From contig LVLI01000365.1 in assembly GCA_001687465.1 (NCBI GenBank), positions 1 through 35,083 of the forward strand: a DNA stretch of 35,083 nt. The letters are read 5' to 3'. Position 1 is the first letter of the stretch, and every line of letters starts with the position of its first letter. A program made the position numbers and the translations under genes. A model generated the notes under the pieces. It was not told the DNA's origin, did not search any database, and worked only from the letters and a program-made list of their open reading frames with translations. Positions 10,101 to 22,137 of the stretch are shown here, piece by piece. Origin of the DNA: Halocafeteria seosinensis. Lineage: Eukaryota.

Positions 10101-13100
10101 AAAAGCGTACCACTTTATAGGGAGCTCAATGACCTCACCGAACTCCAGGACTCTGGAGCCCTTGTCGTAAAGTCTGATGCCGAGGCAGCTCCTGGTCCCG
10201 CTCCAACCGCCAGCGAGGAGCGAGACGGTAAAGGAAACCCCAGTACTGCAAGAAGTGGTGCACAGTCCCAGGCAGAGCTGACACATCGGAGTTATTCAAA
10301 GACTTTAACAATCCTTGGTGGTGTCTCCTCTGCCATGGCCTCGCGAATAGCCATTGTTGCTTCTTCTCCGTCCATGGAGGGCTCATGCTCTTTCTTGGGA
10401 TATACATCTCCGGAGGGCCCCAAGGATGTAACGTTCGCTGCAGGGTGTTTAGTCGGTGCTGCATTGGGGGTACCAGTTTTACACATTCCTAGTCTGGTGA
10501 GTAAAGCTAGATCTCTCACAGAGGCTGAAGCGATCCTAAAGGCGGAGCGGGAAGAAGAAGAAGAGATTCGTCGGAAACAAGAGGAAGAAAAGCGAGGGGC
10601 TTCCGGAGGTGGTAAACTTGGCGCCAAAGCTAAAATGGCCCAAGCTAAAGCTAAAGCCAAGGCCAAAAAACAGCACCAACAGACGAAGGGAAAGCAGACG
10701 TCTGCCAGAAAACAACCACAGGAGGGAGGTATCAGTGGACTATTCGAAGGCGAACAGGAGGAGGAAGAAGAAGGTACCGGTGGTGGTCCTGAGAGTGGCA
10801 GGGAAGGTGAAACTGGCCGTAGAGGCAAAGACGATCGAGGCGACTATACGTTGCCAATGTATACAGGAGTGTTCGCCCCGCTCATTGAAATCCTTGAGAG
10901 TTCTCTTTGCGCTTGTGGCTATTGTTTTACAGGGATGCCGCCTCATGTCGGTAGAGTTGCTCCATCGACTGTTGAACTGTGCCGTCAGATAGACCTGGAG
11001 TTGCCTTTTCCGTCCGAGTTTCTTTCAGATCCGAAAGATCCAGAAGGGTATGGATCCACCGGTGACCCAAGTGTAGACACGAAGGAGCTTTACAGTCGAT
11101 ATGAATATCATGGTTTGGCAGAACTTCGAGCTGCGTTGATTGCGAGTGCAGCTCTACGGCTTCTTCGAGAGAGAAACGAAACTCGTTTAACCAATGAATC
11201 AAGAGGGTTACTTTTCAAGAATGGATACGCAGGATATGAACCTGAGGGGCTTGTGCAACTCGATTACATGTGTGAAACTGTTCAAGACCGTCGTCACCTG
11301 GAAGTGCTACCGATACACGCAGCGTCCTTTGTGCTATCCATCGACGATGTTATTCGCATACCTGGTGTCGTTCCTCCTGTAGATAAAGAAGCGAATGTGA
11401 CGTGTGGTTCTCTTGCCGTTGACTTTACTCGACAATGCTCTCCACAGTGCGTTCCTGAACGAGATGAAGAACAGCCCTTGCAGAGAAGCAAGAAAATGCT
11501 GGAGACAGCGAAAGGACAGTGGAGTGGTATTGCGATCATTAAAGCTGGCGCTGAGGACATACGGTACAACTTGGAATCTTCGGCTGATATTGAGAGCCGT
11601 ACATTTTCTTGCAGGTTTGTTCTTTCTTTGGATACGGCTCGACTTTGCGTCCCAGAGGAATTTCGTCCACGACGACCAGAAAAGCCTGAGCAGAGGAAGA
11701 AGTCTAAAGACGAAAGCGAAGAACATTCGGATGAAAGCGAAGATAGCGAGGCGGAACTAATGATGATGATGGATGAGAAAGATCGCGAAAGGCTGCACCA
11801 GGAAAGACTCGAACAGACGATGTCGTATGCTTGCTCTACCGTTTACGAAGAGGCAAGTTGGGTTCCTACCTACTCTTCAGTCGACTTCTCCGTTACTATC
11901 ATTCATACCCTTCAAACGGAGAACCTATTACAGTGCTTAAATCTTAGCTCCTCACGTGCGGTTAAACCTGCGTATCGTGAGACCTTGGAGTCGTTTGGAG
12001 AAGAACTTGTCTCCTCTCTTTTACATAGCGGGCTTGTGTCGAGGACCCGTGTTCATTTTGGAGATCTTCGCCGGGAAAACATGCGACAGGAGCGCATGAG
12101 GCTGGATGCTGAATCGTTCCGGGGGAAACAGCCGGAAAGCATTTTTGATCCAACAAAGAATCTTCCTGTGGATGAGAGCCAACAATCGAATGCTTTTTGC
12201 ATAACTGTGTTTTGTTTGGATACAGAGTTTCACGCAAGAGCGAAGGATTTTCTACCAACAGCTTTTGCAGCGTTTCCTGATAAAGAGTATTTAGTTCTGA
12301 CGCAGCCTTATTCGGCTCCTGAGATACCGCTGCTGCCATACTTTGTCCCTATTCCTGCTTTTCCTGATGCCACCCATCCCCACGTTCTATATGTCGCTCA
12401 CCGGGACTCCGTGCTTTCATATAATTATGAGTTATCCCTGCGCTCCCTTAAACCTGATATGTGGCCGGACGTGGCTTCATTCTCTGATCAGTTGGATCGT
12501 AAGAGCGCCTCCATTGTTAGAGAAGAGGCAATCTACTCAATCGAAAACTCACATAGCGATGTCAAGACAGCGCTCGGTGTGCTCTACGGAAACTCTCTGG
12601 TTGGTTTAGTGTTGCTCTCGGATGCTTCCCTTAGTGAGGCGACCGTCACAGCCCTAAGGTCTAGTTTTGATGTGGAGAGGTTTGTGGACGTGGATTCGTT
12701 TTTGACTTACGACTTTGTCGAGTCTTCGGGTGAAACACCCAGTTCAACTGGATGGAAGGAACTTAGGTGTTTTACGATGAGCGCCACATTTAGCTTCCCA
12801 GTTGCTTTAAGGTCTATATTACATCAGGTAATGCTTCGCACTGGAGTATCGTCACTTGGTTTCCGCCAATGGGGTGGCGCGGTTAGTGGAGCCGTTCCTA
12901 CCAGTATGCTGTCGAAGCTGTGGGGAACCAGGGTTAACGAGTATGAACGCGACCATGTAGACGAGCGTTCTACGTTATCCCTAGGGCAGCCGGAACAACT
13001 GGAAGAGGCAGAATCGGTCGAGTCGGAAGATGACAAGGAAGTCTCATTGGATTTCTTGGACGAGCAGCTTCAGCTTACTGTGGAAAGAAATGATTGGAGT

Positions 13101-16100
13101 GGCTCGAGAGACCCAATTCCGACCATTGTGCGAGATTGGATGATCCAGGTACCTCCCCGGTTTGTTCGAGAATTGAGGCCATTCGAATGTCCTTCAAATG
13201 GGGAGAATAGAGTTTTATATCGTAACATGTCGGTATTCCCGGAGCGTGCAACACGCGAAGCAGAATACAGGGTCAGTCAAGGAGTTTTACCCAACGGGGC
13301 TGGCTTCGGCAATCTCCAATTTGTTAGCGCGGAGAATAGTTTGGAAGGGGCGCACTTGACGAATATGATGCCACCAAAGCCAATAGCGGGTGATTCCGTG
13401 CCCACGATTGAGGATGACACCAGAAACAAATTTGCATCCTACTACTCAATGAGTGACCCCAGAGACCTTGCCCATGCCCTTTTCGTCACGACACCAAAGC
13501 TTCTGGCGGAACCGAAGATTACGATTAATAGTCGTATTGTCGTCGTAGGTGCTTCTGACACCGGCATGTCCGTGCTGAACACCTTAATGAGTGTACCATA
13601 CTTGAACTTTTCGCATATCACAATAGTTTCGCCTGGGGGCCTCAGTCCGGAATTGCCCCCGTATGCTGTCCAAGCGCCGCCTTCTGTGTCGAAGCTCTCA
13701 GTTGAGAATTCTGCGGCTCTTGCACGGCAACTTGTCCACCAAGCGCTACTTCACCGAGCGACAACGGAAAAACACGACCGTAATCAACGTGGACCCTTGA
13801 TTCCTGAACTTGGCGGCAACTTGGATGAACTTGACGCAGCCGATGAGGAAAATTCCGAATCGGAAGAATCATTGGAAGATACCCGTAATAAGATCGAGGC
13901 AAAACATGAGAATGGAGCGTACACGTCTGCTTCTCAAGCGGTGCTTGATTATGCGATCCCGTACCCCCCTTGCGGAATGCCATTACTTGCGCAGGAACCT
14001 CGGAGACGTGCCTGTCCTTGGCTTCCTTTTTCAGGCAGCTTTGATATGTTTTCACGTTCGCGGCTTTCTCTTAGCTCTAACACTAGGGTTGTCGACAGTG
14101 TGGTAGTGGAGATAGATCGGGCGAATGGATACGTGTATGTGGCAGATTCTCGGGATATGCATCTTTCTTCCGACGAGGGCCCTCAGTCTGTTGAACAGAT
14201 GCACCAAAATATGGATGGCGCTGGAACGTACAAGAAAGCTGTCCCTTACGATGTTCTAGTACTGGCTCCTGGCTTGAGCGAACCTACTAAAGATCGCCTG
14301 CACCTCTCGGAAGGCCAAGGACCTGGAGTGGGCTACGGGAGTGCTGCGGTGCGCGGGAGAGATAGGGAAAACGGCTTTGAGAAGCATATTGCAGATCAAA
14401 TTGCCCAAGGTGAACTTAGGATTGATGAATTTTGTGGATGGCCAGTGGGCGCTCACTCTTTATCCTCTTCAGCACAGGCGTGCGATCTGGAAGATGAAGT
14501 TAGCAAGTTAGTTTACGAGGTTCCAGATTCGCGGCATCCCTATGCTCTTGCTTTATCTGTCGGACTGCGAGAGAAGGTGTTGGCAATGGCTGGCCTGGAA
14601 GGTGAATCTGAGCTAGATCCGTACGCGGATTTTGAGCTCGGGGAGAAAACCACACAGGATGGCCCACAGAGTGGCATGGGTCAGCGTGATTCAACGCCGG
14701 CATCCTCTCCATCCCAGCCGCAAGGTCGAGCGAGTATGAAAGGTGGCAGGAGCACCACTCAAACAGCTCAAGGAGATGATGGCGCAGGTCAACAACGAGC
14801 TCGGACGGTGCGCACCACTTTGACGATTTTACGTGACACTTCGTATTATGTGCAATTCGATGCTGGTGGAACAGCAAGACGGTTGACAGATCGGGCTGCT
14901 AAGCATCAGGCGCAGCGGCAGGAAACCCTTGGTTGCGGAGTTGGGATCGGAGCTGGAAGAGACGTTATCGTGTGGGGAGACGGCCTTGAAGCCATATCCT
15001 CCATAGCTGCACTACTTGACCGAGGAATTCGCCCATCGCGCATTGCGTTTGTTAGGCGTCATGCTCCTCTTGTTTCCTTAAGGTCGCTAGAATTGAACGC
15101 TGCAACAGGAAATGACTCCAAAAGGGACAGGACTCCCCAGAATATGTATCCTATCAACGTCGCTACAAAGACTCTGCAGAGCTTCATTGAGAAGGATCCC
15201 AATATGCGGGAAACTCCATCAGACAACCACTGCTTTACGGAGTATCGGCTAAACCAAGTGCTTGAATCCCTTGGCATATTACAGTTACCAGGATGGGAGC
15301 TTAATGGGGTGTGCAGTGCTGCTGCGGCGGAAATAGAGCATGCCGAGCTGAACGCTCACAGCATCTTCGAAGCAACCCAAGGGCAACTGGAACATTCCAA
15401 CGCTGGCGGTGAGGGTTCAATGATGTGGGGGGTAGGGGCGGCCGACTCGCCAGAGGCAAAGGCTATAATGGCACAACAGATTGCTAAACAAGGCCGTACG
15501 GCGGCAGTGGGCAGAGTTCAAGCCCACAAGGAGCACCAAGAATCCGAAGGTCGACGGTTTGGTGTCAACGAGCATGTACTTGCGACGTTTCATCGCTCAG
15601 AGACGGCGTACTCTAACTTTGGAGGAAAAGCACAAGGTGCAGAGTCATCGACGACCGGGGACAGATACGCTGCACCGGAAGACTCCGATGAAGGAACGAG
15701 TTATAAGTACGAGGATTCCGAAACCAGATCTCAAGGAAGCCGCTCCAAGCATGGTCGCTCTGTATCGGGGTCTGTTCGATCTGGACGAAAGAAACGAGGA
15801 AAGCACATTGACGAGGAAGTCACCGAAATCTGTCTAGAGTGCCGGTTACTTATTGCAGGTGATTTGCGAGACGTAGATAACAGGTTCTTCCGCGCCGTGA
15901 ACGGGTGTGGATTGGTATATGATGGTCGCCTCGTAGTAGACCATAACTTTCTCACCGTAGACCCCAGCATTTACGCTGGTGGGCCTGTTACTCAGTTCTC
16001 TCGGAAATATCGCACTCCTACTCCCATGGATCTTCATAACAGTGTGGAGGTGGGTGGAATTCTTGCACAGAAAGTGCTTCACTCGGTAGATCCTCTTCAA

Positions 16101-17348
16101 GTTGGCTCCAGAGAAACCGAGGATACGGAAGAAAAGCATAAAGGAAGCACATATCTTCCGACCCTGTCCAAACCACGCGTGGTAATAATGCCTTTACCCG
16201 CCGTGTCAAACACGACAAATACTGTCACCACCCGATTGCGGGACCAAGCCGAAGCTTATCAAGAGGTAGCGATCTACAAACGGTTCCTTGATGTACTGGC
16301 CCCCGAGGTAGAACATTTATTAAAGCCACCTGAGAAATGGCTCAGCGATGAAGTAGAGGGATGCACTGAGCGGGCAATAGAACAATTCACAACCTCTGCT
16401 GAAGGCATTAGCGTCTCTACAGCGGTGTTGCATGATGACTTCGATCCCGGGGAAATCGAGGAAGATGAAGACGCAGAAGAACTCCTCGACGTGCCTTGCA
16501 CAGCCTCAAGTAGTATCCTCGTCTTCTGTCGACTCCCATACTTTGAATCTGGAGACAGCGGGCGAAAGCTGTCGACCTATATTCGAGGAGAAAAGAACTT
16601 GGAAGCAATTGACGAAGTGACAATGCTAGCGTCGGCAGCTTTCCAAGGCAGCAGTACCCTTAATGAAGCGCTAGAAAAACACGAGAAACAGCTGGACGAG
16701 CTAGACGATAAGCACCAGGGATCGAATACGATGGAACTTCGCTTATTCAATCAAGATCAAGCCCAGAACGAAGGAGTGAACCTCCTCAAGGAATTAGTAG
16801 AGCTCTCACACCCCTTCCGAGCTATGAATCTCTTCACTGACAGGTTTGGTAGGATAGCGTCCTTGCTTTTCTACGGAAGTGTCGATAACTTTCCCGAGGT
16901 TGGCAATCTTACACGCATGGTTGGAAAGCAGGCTGAGCTATGTGGGTCAAGCTTACTGAGAGACTACGAAAGAGGGAGAATCAGGGACCTCCTTTCCTTC
17001 TCTCGGAGTGATACTATGACGGCGCTTTACCATGATCGCTTTGACGCTCTAGTCAGCAATTTACGTCGGGTTATTGGTCAGAGCCCTGAGTTCGCGGCTG
17101 CTGTGCGAAAGATCGCCCAAGCGTGTGCAGACGGCGTGTCAGACTCGGAGTTGGACAATTTGATGCGCGATTCTGTAGGTGTTCACGGCGAGCGCATCGG
17201 GGAGGATCCTCAAAGGGAGATTGGAACGAGGCTGCTTGCTTTCATTCGTCAAAATCGTTCTTTGCTGCCGCATTTCTTCGTTCCTTCGGCAAATCCCCAC
17301 GATGAATTCGTATTGGCGCTTCCCAGTTACAACGGCCCTACTTGTTAG
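7192..17348 (+). CDS. CFAP61: Cilia- and flagella-associated protein 61 (FAP61), 2 exons: 7192-8100, 8166-17348; about 3363 aa
   Basis: A phase-0 intron 8101-8165 (GTAAGC...CGCAG, 65 nt) joins the 306-aa and 3060-aa ORFs. CFAP61-type motifs: VRIAAVEDHDDIAPIF..FGDFFLAELIEEQ; NAFCITVFCLD..DFLPTAFAAFPDKEYLVLTQP; EPKITINSRIVVVGASDTGMS; YDVLVLAPGL; GLVYDGRLVVDHNFLTVDPSIYAGGP; ALYHDRF. Confidence 0.9.
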
Positions 17349-17684
17349 GCTTTGGGTTCGATTCCATCGGGGAGCTTGTGCTGTTATATGTTCCACTCCA
17401 TCTTCTGGATGCAACGAATACACAACATGCTCCAACTACGTTTTTACCTAGGTTGCTCGACCTTGGGTTCATGGGTTTCCAAAGTCATCTGGTGCACCTA
17501 GAGAAAATGATGGAACTGTTTGAGTATGTTCGTCGTCATTTCTCTTCCTCTTCGTGTGGTGCTAAGAAGAAGCGATCTTTGGGGCGGGAATTTTTGCCAC
17601 AAAGAATGCATTGCAATAGCAGACACATGTCGGCTCGTCCTTCTAGTTAAGAGTCATCATGTGGGTAATCTTGAAGCCAATGCG

Positions 17685-19274
17685 CTATATTCCAGTTAGG
17701 CAGCAATAACATATTGAGAGAAACCTATGAGTAGCGAATACACGGAATTCGCCGTTGGAAATGGTGTATGTGCACCCCCTGAACTTCCCACTAAAATGCC
17801 GGTATATTTGTAGACCGTTATACGGATAAATTAGTGGCACACAATATTTTCCGGAAAATCGACATCCGGAATCAACTTGGTCGTTGGTCGTGACCGTCAT
17901 GTATACGCAACAGTAATCCGTTATTAGGTTTTCTGATTTACTGAAAGAAGCGTTTTCCGAGCTCTTTGACGACGTGTTGCCCGGGCACTGCACCATCGGA
18001 AAACGCTTCTTCCTTTCGGTCCCTCTGACAGTTTGACTAGCGTTTACACGTGGTTTGGAAGTTTCCATAGCTTTGGTCCTCAAGGAGGGTGAACGCATTT
18101 CAGAATTGCGGAGCGGTATCTCCATACGTGACTGAACAGCTACAGGCCGTAGCGACCGGAAACGTAGAGTTGGATAATCATCACCATTGTTTTCTTGGCT
18201 GCTACTTCTGTCTAGGGTATACGCTTCGTCAGATCATCTCTGCAGCCCTGCAAAATGATATAGTTGTCCGCGTATCTCCATCAACTTACCTGAATTTCCT
18301 GTCTCTGAGAGCTGTGTACTTGCGTCCAATCCTATCAGTGATGCTTCGCCGTTTTCATTGGTATAAACTGAGTAACTCACTTCAGCACTATGTGTTGATG
18401 GACTGAGTACAGTATCAGCAGCAAAATTACTGATACCCCCTGTCCATCGTCCGTCTATTTTCCCAGTGGCATAGCAATTTGTGATATTGACAATTCCCCT
18501 GTTGAATCCTACTGCGATCGGTCACCCTGTACCCTTCCTGTCGAGTACAAATTCGATACCTTGATTTGTCCGTGATTGCGGCTACATCTAACCCCGCATA
18601 TGCCTTTATCCTGGCTATAAAGTGTGATGTGCCGTTCATTTGCAATGTCTCCTGAGGAAGTGCATGAATCTACCATGAAGTTTGATTTCGTTGGACAATG
18701 AATCCACCTCCCAATGAGGTTGTTCCATTTCTAACATGAATATTCAGAATCAATGGAGCTTGCTCAAAGGATGCGACATGGTCGTCCATTATCTTAAATA
18801 ATCCCTTCAAACTGCGTGATTCCACTTACATAAATAATGTTTCGATTTTGCCGACCACTATCAAACACTTTCCCCGCATCCAATGAAATATAGTTTTTGT
18901 TCCCGTAGCCTTGTTTGCTCCATACCAACAGGCTGCAGTTCATTGAAGATGTTTTATGTTGCAAAAGTGTAGTGAAAGCCCAGTCCGGCTAAAAAAAATT
19001 GCATTCCACACGGAAATCTGCCGATGCTGTCGCGTTAAAAAGATACAAAAATCAGAAAGGCCAAACTAACATACATGTATCCGCAAACTGGAGAATACGC
19101 AAACGCCCCGTAAAATCTCTTCTTTTTACTGTTTAGCTTCTGAAACGAAGAATACAGTAGAGATGGGATCAACATTGCACTAGAGGGGAAACGGGCGGAT
19201 AAAGAGACGGAGACACCAGAGCCTCTCTGGACAGACATCAACGGCTCTGGAATTTCACGTGGTGAGAATTTCAT
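17685..19274 (-). pseudogene. Pseudogene paralogue of the GLUG-like repeat gene at 32762-34818 (clear homology about 18150-19030; outer limits approximate)
   Basis: Minus-strand pieces align to the intact copy: GYGNKNYISLDAGKVFDSGRQNRNIIYVSGIT vs GYTNQDYISLDANETFDGGRQNGNFIDLTGIT; SFEQAPLILNIHVRNGTTSLGGGFIVQ vs SFDQAPLIWDLDVRNGETASLGGFIVQ; GFNRGIVNITNCYATG vs GFNQGIVNITDCYSTG; IRGQLYHFAG vs IQGQLYQVAG; PTLRF vs PILRF. It has several frameshifts, a TGA at 18236-18234 in place of Trp, and lacks the middle repeats. Confidence 0.88.
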
Positions 19275-19661
19275 GCGGAGACCACAGTATTCATTATGTT
19301 ACTTCGTTGGTCGTATAGACTGCTTAAACAGTACTTACAGGGCTACTATCCCATAATAGCTCGTCACTGACTCGTTTAGATATTCACGTGGATCTTCTTT
19401 TGCTCTGATTTTGCAGGATACAGATTCCTACGTGAAGGTTCGTACGTTGTTCAATTAGGCATTGGCCATCGTAGTTTCCCGTTTTCCCTTCTCTGATCCC
19501 TTATTCCTGTCGAAGTTTTAACAGTTCACACGGTGCTGAGTTCCTTGATTGTGATGCAATTATGGATCGTCGTCATGACATCAACCATGGGCAAATTTTT
19601 ACCTCACATTGACAATGAATTCCCGAGCTCTACTGTACCTTGATCACCCGCAGCAGTGGCT

Positions 19662-19734
19662 GACATTCCGACACTTACCACATTCAATTCCAACTCCCGA
19701 GCTTTTCGACATTCCGACACTTACCACATTCAAT
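19662..19734 (+). repeat. 27-bp direct repeat, two copies, 46-bp period
   Basis: GACATTCCGACACTTACCACATTCAAT at 19662-19688 and 19708-19734, followed by a (CT)n tract at about 19769-19784. Confidence 0.85.
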
Positions 19735-20532
19735 CCCAGTAAGCTCAGTTTCCACCGGCACCAACTCCCTCTCTCTCTCTCTCTGGGCCAAGTGAAAATC
19801 CTCCTCTATAAGTGTTACATGGAACGGTTTGGCTACGGAGTTGGTCATCGTGGAGCATTCAAATGGTCGTACTACGTCCACGTCGTAGACGCAGCTCCGA
19901 AGACTTTACCAGCCACCATGCTCATTAGCAAAGAGACAAGTTCTTTCTAGGTATGATACAATACTACTATTTGATTTGCTATCTCGAATGGTTAAATTCG
20001 AAGAATCCACCCTCCATGAGGACGTGGGAAAAGAGTCGTTCCTCCTACAGCCTGTCAGCTTCACTGGCTTATCGACAGCCGTATCCCAGATGATATGATA
20101 CTGTTTCTGAGTGCATGCTGACCTGGTAGAAGGAAAGAAAAGAAAAGATTTCATCTCATAAAGTTTTGCAAGCTGTCTCTCTTATCGCTCTGTCTGACTC
20201 CAGCGAACACTACTCACTGACAGCTGTCTACATGTTCCTGGACACGTAAGCAGCAAGCTGCTAGTGTTTCGGCCAAGGAGTGCAAGGTCCATAGCACACA
20301 CCCAATGAATATATTGTATATGTTGTATTTCGCATGGTTTTAAATTAAAGAATTACCCGGTGTTTTTCCCGTAGTCGAGCAGCCACTCGGAAGTTCTAAC
20401 TTCTCGCAAAGCTCGCTCCGCCAATCAAGGCAGCCGGGGGTTCCTGGAGCTTGCCAGCGCGTCCATTAGTAAAAATTCCAAAGCAGGGTACTAAGCGAGT
20501 GGAAGCAAATTTACGGAGGTTACGCAAAGACA

Positions 20533-21963
20533 ATGGGAAACGGAAACTCCACTGGCAGAACGTATGAGCAGGAAAAAGCTCATCTGTTTGACCTTTGTTC
20601 CACTAAAGACGGCCAGACCCTGGATGTCGAAAAAGTCTCAAGAGTCCTTCGAACGTGTGGAACGGATCGAGACGTAAACAAGTTAACTAATCCTGTAAGT
20701 GAAGGCCTACTTATTTACCTTAATACCATATGGATGTCGGGCGTCTCCCCAGCGGTTATCAAATGCGTCGGGCTTAACCTTCCAAGGTGAAATTCAAACT
20801 GAGAGACGTATCGCGTTCATCAGGTATCGAATAATGCGCTCAAATGGAACTTACGATTACTGACTGTTTTGGCTATGGCAGGTAGGCTCAACGCTTCTGC
20901 ACGTTGCGATTCGCTCAGGAGACCAGCAACTTGTTCAACGTCTAATTGAGGAATTTCACGCAGACCCGGAGGTGCGGGATAACGTAAGCGAAATTAGTGC
21001 GCTAGGCAACAACACTAAAAGTAGAAAGATCGAAAGGTTTTGGGTATACCGTGCAGGATGGTAACACACCATTGCATGACGCCGTTCTTACTAGCAAAAC
21101 CGATATCGTTTGTCGGCTACTTGAAGCATATAACGTTGATGTCAACCCAAAGAATATCGTACGTCATGCTGCTAGAGCACATTCTGTTGCCCGTTGCACG
21201 ATTGCATCCTTTGGAATTGACGCGCAGTGGGGCTCTACACCGTTACATTGGGCAGCGCGATACGGTCATTTGGAGATTGTCAAGATACTTACTAACCAAT
21301 ACAAGGCAGACACGGAGCTAACGAACACCGTAAGTATTATATTCACAGTATAACACATGACATTTGCAAAACAATATTCGTCCCTTCATAAATCCGCAGA
21401 AAGGCAACAAACCAGTAGACGAAGCAAAGGCTTACGATAAGACAGAGATTGCGAAGTATCTGGGATGCGACAAATCTTCAGCGTCTCCCAGTTTGGTTCG
21501 CACTTCATCTGCTTTGCTTTCTCCATTGAAGATTCGATCTCTCACAGATGAAGCGGAGACGCACAGCCGTCTCAGGTCCGTAAGCAGCTTGAGTGAAGTG
21601 ACGGAGATCTTGTCTCCTTGTGGCAGTCCGAAAACTACCAGCTTCTCGCGAAACGAGAACCCAAAACGGGTAAACGTTGGACTGGAACACAATATTCGAA
21701 AATTGCGTAACATAGGAGTTGATATTGAGAAAGAATGCCCTGGTTCATTCATCTGTCCTCTCTCTCGAAGCGTAATGGTCGATCCGGTAGTTTGCGCGGA
21801 CGGATATACGTACGAAAAGAGCGAGATAACAAGGCGTCTAGGCGTAAGCGAACAATCGCCGAAGACGAAAGAACGAATGGAGCATAAGAACGTCGTTCCG
21901 AACAATGTTCTGTTGAAAGACATATCTGACTTTGTCGACAAAAAGCTCGAGGAGTTGCACTAA
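20533..21963 (+). CDS. Ankyrin repeat + U-box protein (putative E3 ligase) with N-myristoylation motif; exons 20533-20694, 20882-20983, 21057-21158, 21228-21329, 21400-21963
   Basis: Starts MGNGNS. Three 102-nt exons each encode one ankyrin repeat (VGSTLLHVAIRSG, DGNTPLHDAV, WGSTPLHWAARYG). All introns are GT-AG, phase 0. The last exon has a Ser-rich linker and a U-box (CPGSFICPLSRSVMVDPVVCADGYTYEK...SPKT...VVPN). Intron 1 (187 nt) is the least certain junction. Confidence 0.88.
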
Positions 21964-22137
21964 CAACACCTACATGTAATCCCTGCGGGTGGTACACACC
22001 TATGAACTCTTACGTATTACATCTATATACCCTGACACACTCTTCAAAACCACTATGTGTAGCATAGCAGTTCGGTTGAACGATGCCGTGTATGCATTAA
22101 GCGAAGAGTTCTTGGTTATGACATACTGTACGTAAGA

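Noticed and set aside
8450..17451. Numerous short ORFs overlapping CFAP61 on both strands
   Set aside because: Shadow ORFs of a long coding exon with no recognisable motifs.
19662..19734. CRISPR-like repeat-spacer appearance
   Set aside because: Only two copies, a 19-bp spacer, no cas genes and a eukaryotic context.
19906..20154. Minus ORF containing HIIWDTAVDKPV, faintly like the IWD..D..RPD region of RLE elements
   Set aside because: No RPD, DV or KxxKY motifs follow; too weak to call.
20753..20823. Possible extra exon inside the 187-nt first intron of the ANK-U-box gene (AG at 20752, GT at 20824)
   Set aside because: At 71 nt it would shift the frame relative to the next ankyrin exon; not supportable without RNA data.
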